Of a DNA stretch of 64,000 nucleotides, positions 61,610 to 64,000 are shown one piece after another (the stretch's first letter is position 1; every line of letters starts with the position of its first letter). Position numbers and translations under genes: made by a program. The DNA is taken from NCBI GenBank assembly GCA_004431415.1, contig QPMI01000452.1, positions 124,001 to 188,000 on the forward strand, written 5' to 3'. This DNA comes from Cyanophora paradoxa CCMP329. Lineage: Eukaryota; Plantae; Glaucophyta. The notes below the pieces were generated by a model that did not search any database, was not told the origin of the DNA, and worked only from the letters and a program-made list of their open reading frames with translations.

Positions 61610-63725
61610 ATGACGTCGACGGGCGATGTGGACGCTCAGGTGCTCGGCCGCGCGCTGCGCGCCGCGCTCGACTTCCTTTTGCGCGTCGGCGTGGACCGCG
61701 CGGGGCGCATCGTGTACGAGTACGACCCCATCGAGGACAGGGCGCGCCACGCCAACGTGCCCGTCCGCGAGATCGGCACCGCGTGGGACCTGGCCGTGCG
61801 CGCCTTCATGATCAAATTCAAGAGATTCTCTCGGGCTCAAGCAGCGCGATCGCAGGTTCTCACCGATGCGCTCGGGCACCGCGGGCTCGACGAGCGCATG
61901 CAGGCGCGCATCGAATTATAATTCATAAATTGATATTAATTGCACAAGGCGAGCATCGTTCGAATTCGATTGGAAAAGCGCAGGCGTGGAGCGACCGCTT
62001 CTGCCGCATGCTGCACAGCTGGCACCTCCCGCACGCGGACGCGGCGCACCTGCGCGAGTCCGAGCTGCGGGAGCCCCCCAGCGTGGCGCACTCCGCCTTC
62101 CTCCTCCTCTTCCTCCTCGCCTTCCGCGGCCGCCAGGGGCGCCCCGGCGAGGCCGACGCCGCGGCGCGCGCCGTCGCCGAAGGCATCCTCGCCCAGCAGC
62201 GGTGCCGCCGCGTCTTAATATACTCTACATACTCTCTCCGATTAACACTTGACCGGCGAATTCCATCGTGAAGGGGGAACGGCTCGCTGAAGATTCACTT
62301 CGACCCCGCGCTCCCCGACGACGGCTGGGAGCTCTACGCCGGAGAGGTACCGTACTGGACTTGGTTTCGCTTTCGACAGGTCGCGATATATACAATATTA
62401 ATGGTTTCTCCGCAGGCGCTGCTGGCGCTGGCGTCGGCGGGCCGCGCCTGGCGCGACGCGCGGCTCCTCGAGGCCGTCGCCCGCGCCTTCGCCTTCTACC
62501 GGCGCGTGCCCTCTTAATCGTGATCGAAATAAATCAAAAGAGCGCCCCGCCCTGATATCGATCACGAGAGCGATAGCGAGGGGCCTCGGCCCCCTCGCTC
62601 ATACGATCGCGGCTCCGCGCAGGCTGACGCCGCCGACGGGGGGCTACCTCGCCTTCGCGTCGAACTGGACGTGCCAGGCCGCCGCCGCCCTCTACTTCGC
62701 CGCCGCCGACCTGGTGCCCCCGGCCCGGCCTTGTAATTGGTTCAACCTTTTTCATTTAGCAATTGATCTAGGGTTCTTACGCGACCCCCTCGTAAGATCC
62801 TTGATAACCAATTCGACCTTTGATTTTAGCACTCGAGCTCGAGTTCTTACGCGGCCCTCTTTAATTTGCGATTGCATTCCAGGACCGGCGCGACCTCGCG
62901 GGCCCCGCCTGTTCCATCGTCGCCGACCTCCAGGTCCGATCCCTCTCAAATCTCCGGAGATTATATCCTCGAGCTCTGATCTGATTCGATGTGCAGAGGC
63001 GCCTGCTCGACTCGCACTTCTGGTGGCACGTCGAGCGCTCGCCCGAGCGGCAGGCCGTCGTCGAGGCGAGCGCATTTATAATACGCGATGAAATCACCGA
63101 GTCGAGGAAGCTAAGAATGCTGGGAAACTAATTAACAGCTCTCAGGTCGCGTGCGGGGCGGAGGGTCTCGCGGACGCGTTCGCCGTCGCGCGCCACCGCT
63201 CCGGTGCGCAGCCAGCGGCTGCCGCGAGCGCGGGAAATTCGAATTCGATGGAATTCGAATTCGAAGCTGACGCTAGCGCTGGCCATGGATCACGATCATG
63301 ATCAGGCGCCGGGGACGCGGGGGCCGCCCGCGCGGCCCGCTCCTACGCCCAAGCCCTCGCGATCGTGAATTGAATTCTGTCATTATGACCACGTTGCGGG
63401 TCGGAAACGTTAATAAGCTGACAGAAGTATAATTTCCGCAGGCGTCCCGCTTCCTGCTGGACGCGCAGCGGCCTTCGGGCCGCGGGGCGGGCGGCTTCCC
63501 GCACTCTCGCACGAATCCGCTGCAGGTCGGTGGCCATGCGATGCGGGTCAATCCGCGGCCGGCTCGCTTTCGATCGATCAAGCGCGAGCAGTTCCTGATT
63601 CGGCGCGCCGGCAGCGGCTGGACGTGACGGGGCACGCGGCGAGCGCGCTGCTGAAGATCGCGGCCCTGCAGCTCGGGGAGAGATCGCCGGCCGGCGCCGC
63701 CCTGATCATGATCATGGTCACGTGA
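61610..63725 (+). CDS. Bacterial-like (alpha/alpha)6-barrel protein (six-hairpin glycosidase / terpene-cyclase-like fold), >=12 exons
   Basis: Spliced motifs GRIVYEYDP...NVPVREIGTAWDL, AHSAFLLL, ILAQQRGNGS, LYAGEALLAL, NWTCQAAAAL, EGLADA, FLLDAQ...GGFPHS, RLDVTGHAASALL. These resemble, from memory, bacterial proteins with YYPGEA/RIDxxxH motifs. Confidence 0.7.
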
Positions 63726-64000
63726 TCAAGCCTGGCGGGGCTAGCTAGGGTCGGCACGCGTACGTATATACGGGCGCCCGCATCGAATATTTTTATGGTA
63801 GCGGACCTACTAGCGGTACCGGTGTGCCACGGTGTTGGTACTACTAGCTTGGTAAACCTCTTGTCAGCCACGCGAGTATTTTATTCAAGCGGGTAAAACT
63901 GTACATGTATTCGAGTTTCCGCGCAAAATTGAACAGTGACGTCTGCGGCTGCGGACGGGGCCCGGGCTTGTGCCCGTGCCCCGCACGTGCCCCGTTGCCC

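Noticed and set aside
1-64000. tRNA, rRNA, or intact transposase/reverse transcriptase genes
   Set aside because: None was recognisable by eye. tRNAscan-SE, Infernal and a TE HMM search would be needed to exclude them formally.

Overview
This window is eukaryotic, GC-rich and intron-dense, so most six-frame ORFs are exon fragments or antisense shadows. Introns are mostly 50-150 nt with GT/GC-(G/C/A)CG donors. A Phe-containing plastid-type transit peptide (MQAF...) on a cyanobacterial-type methyltransferase suggests a glaucophyte or red-lineage alga such as Cyanophora (inference). Layout: (1) 1-26148 is a near-identical ~16.24-kb direct tandem duplication with its junction at 9907/9908. It carries the 3' part of a giant surface receptor (>=22 Cys-paired Ig-like repeats, REJ, Cys-free GAIN/GPS, one TM), a 110-bp MITE-like palindrome and a minus-strand hypothetical gene. 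(2) INCENP. (3) An ankyrin-repeat TKL kinase. (4) Three paralogous multi-TM genes, one a mosaic of the other two. (5) Two atypical, apparently leaderless Kazal-domain genes that the ORF track misses. (6) A ~1.8-kb AT-rich, C-to-T hypermutated relic ending in a GC hairpin. (7) Two F-box genes plus an inverted truncated copy of one. (8) A plastid-targeted SAM methyltransferase. (9) A bacterial-like (alpha/alpha)6-barrel gene. The strongest leads are the RIP-like hypermutated island, the giant REJ-GAIN single-pass receptor, the leaderless Kazal family, patchwork gene conversion and frequent GC-AG introns. All gene models were spliced by eye, and homopolymer indels suggest long-read consensus errors.
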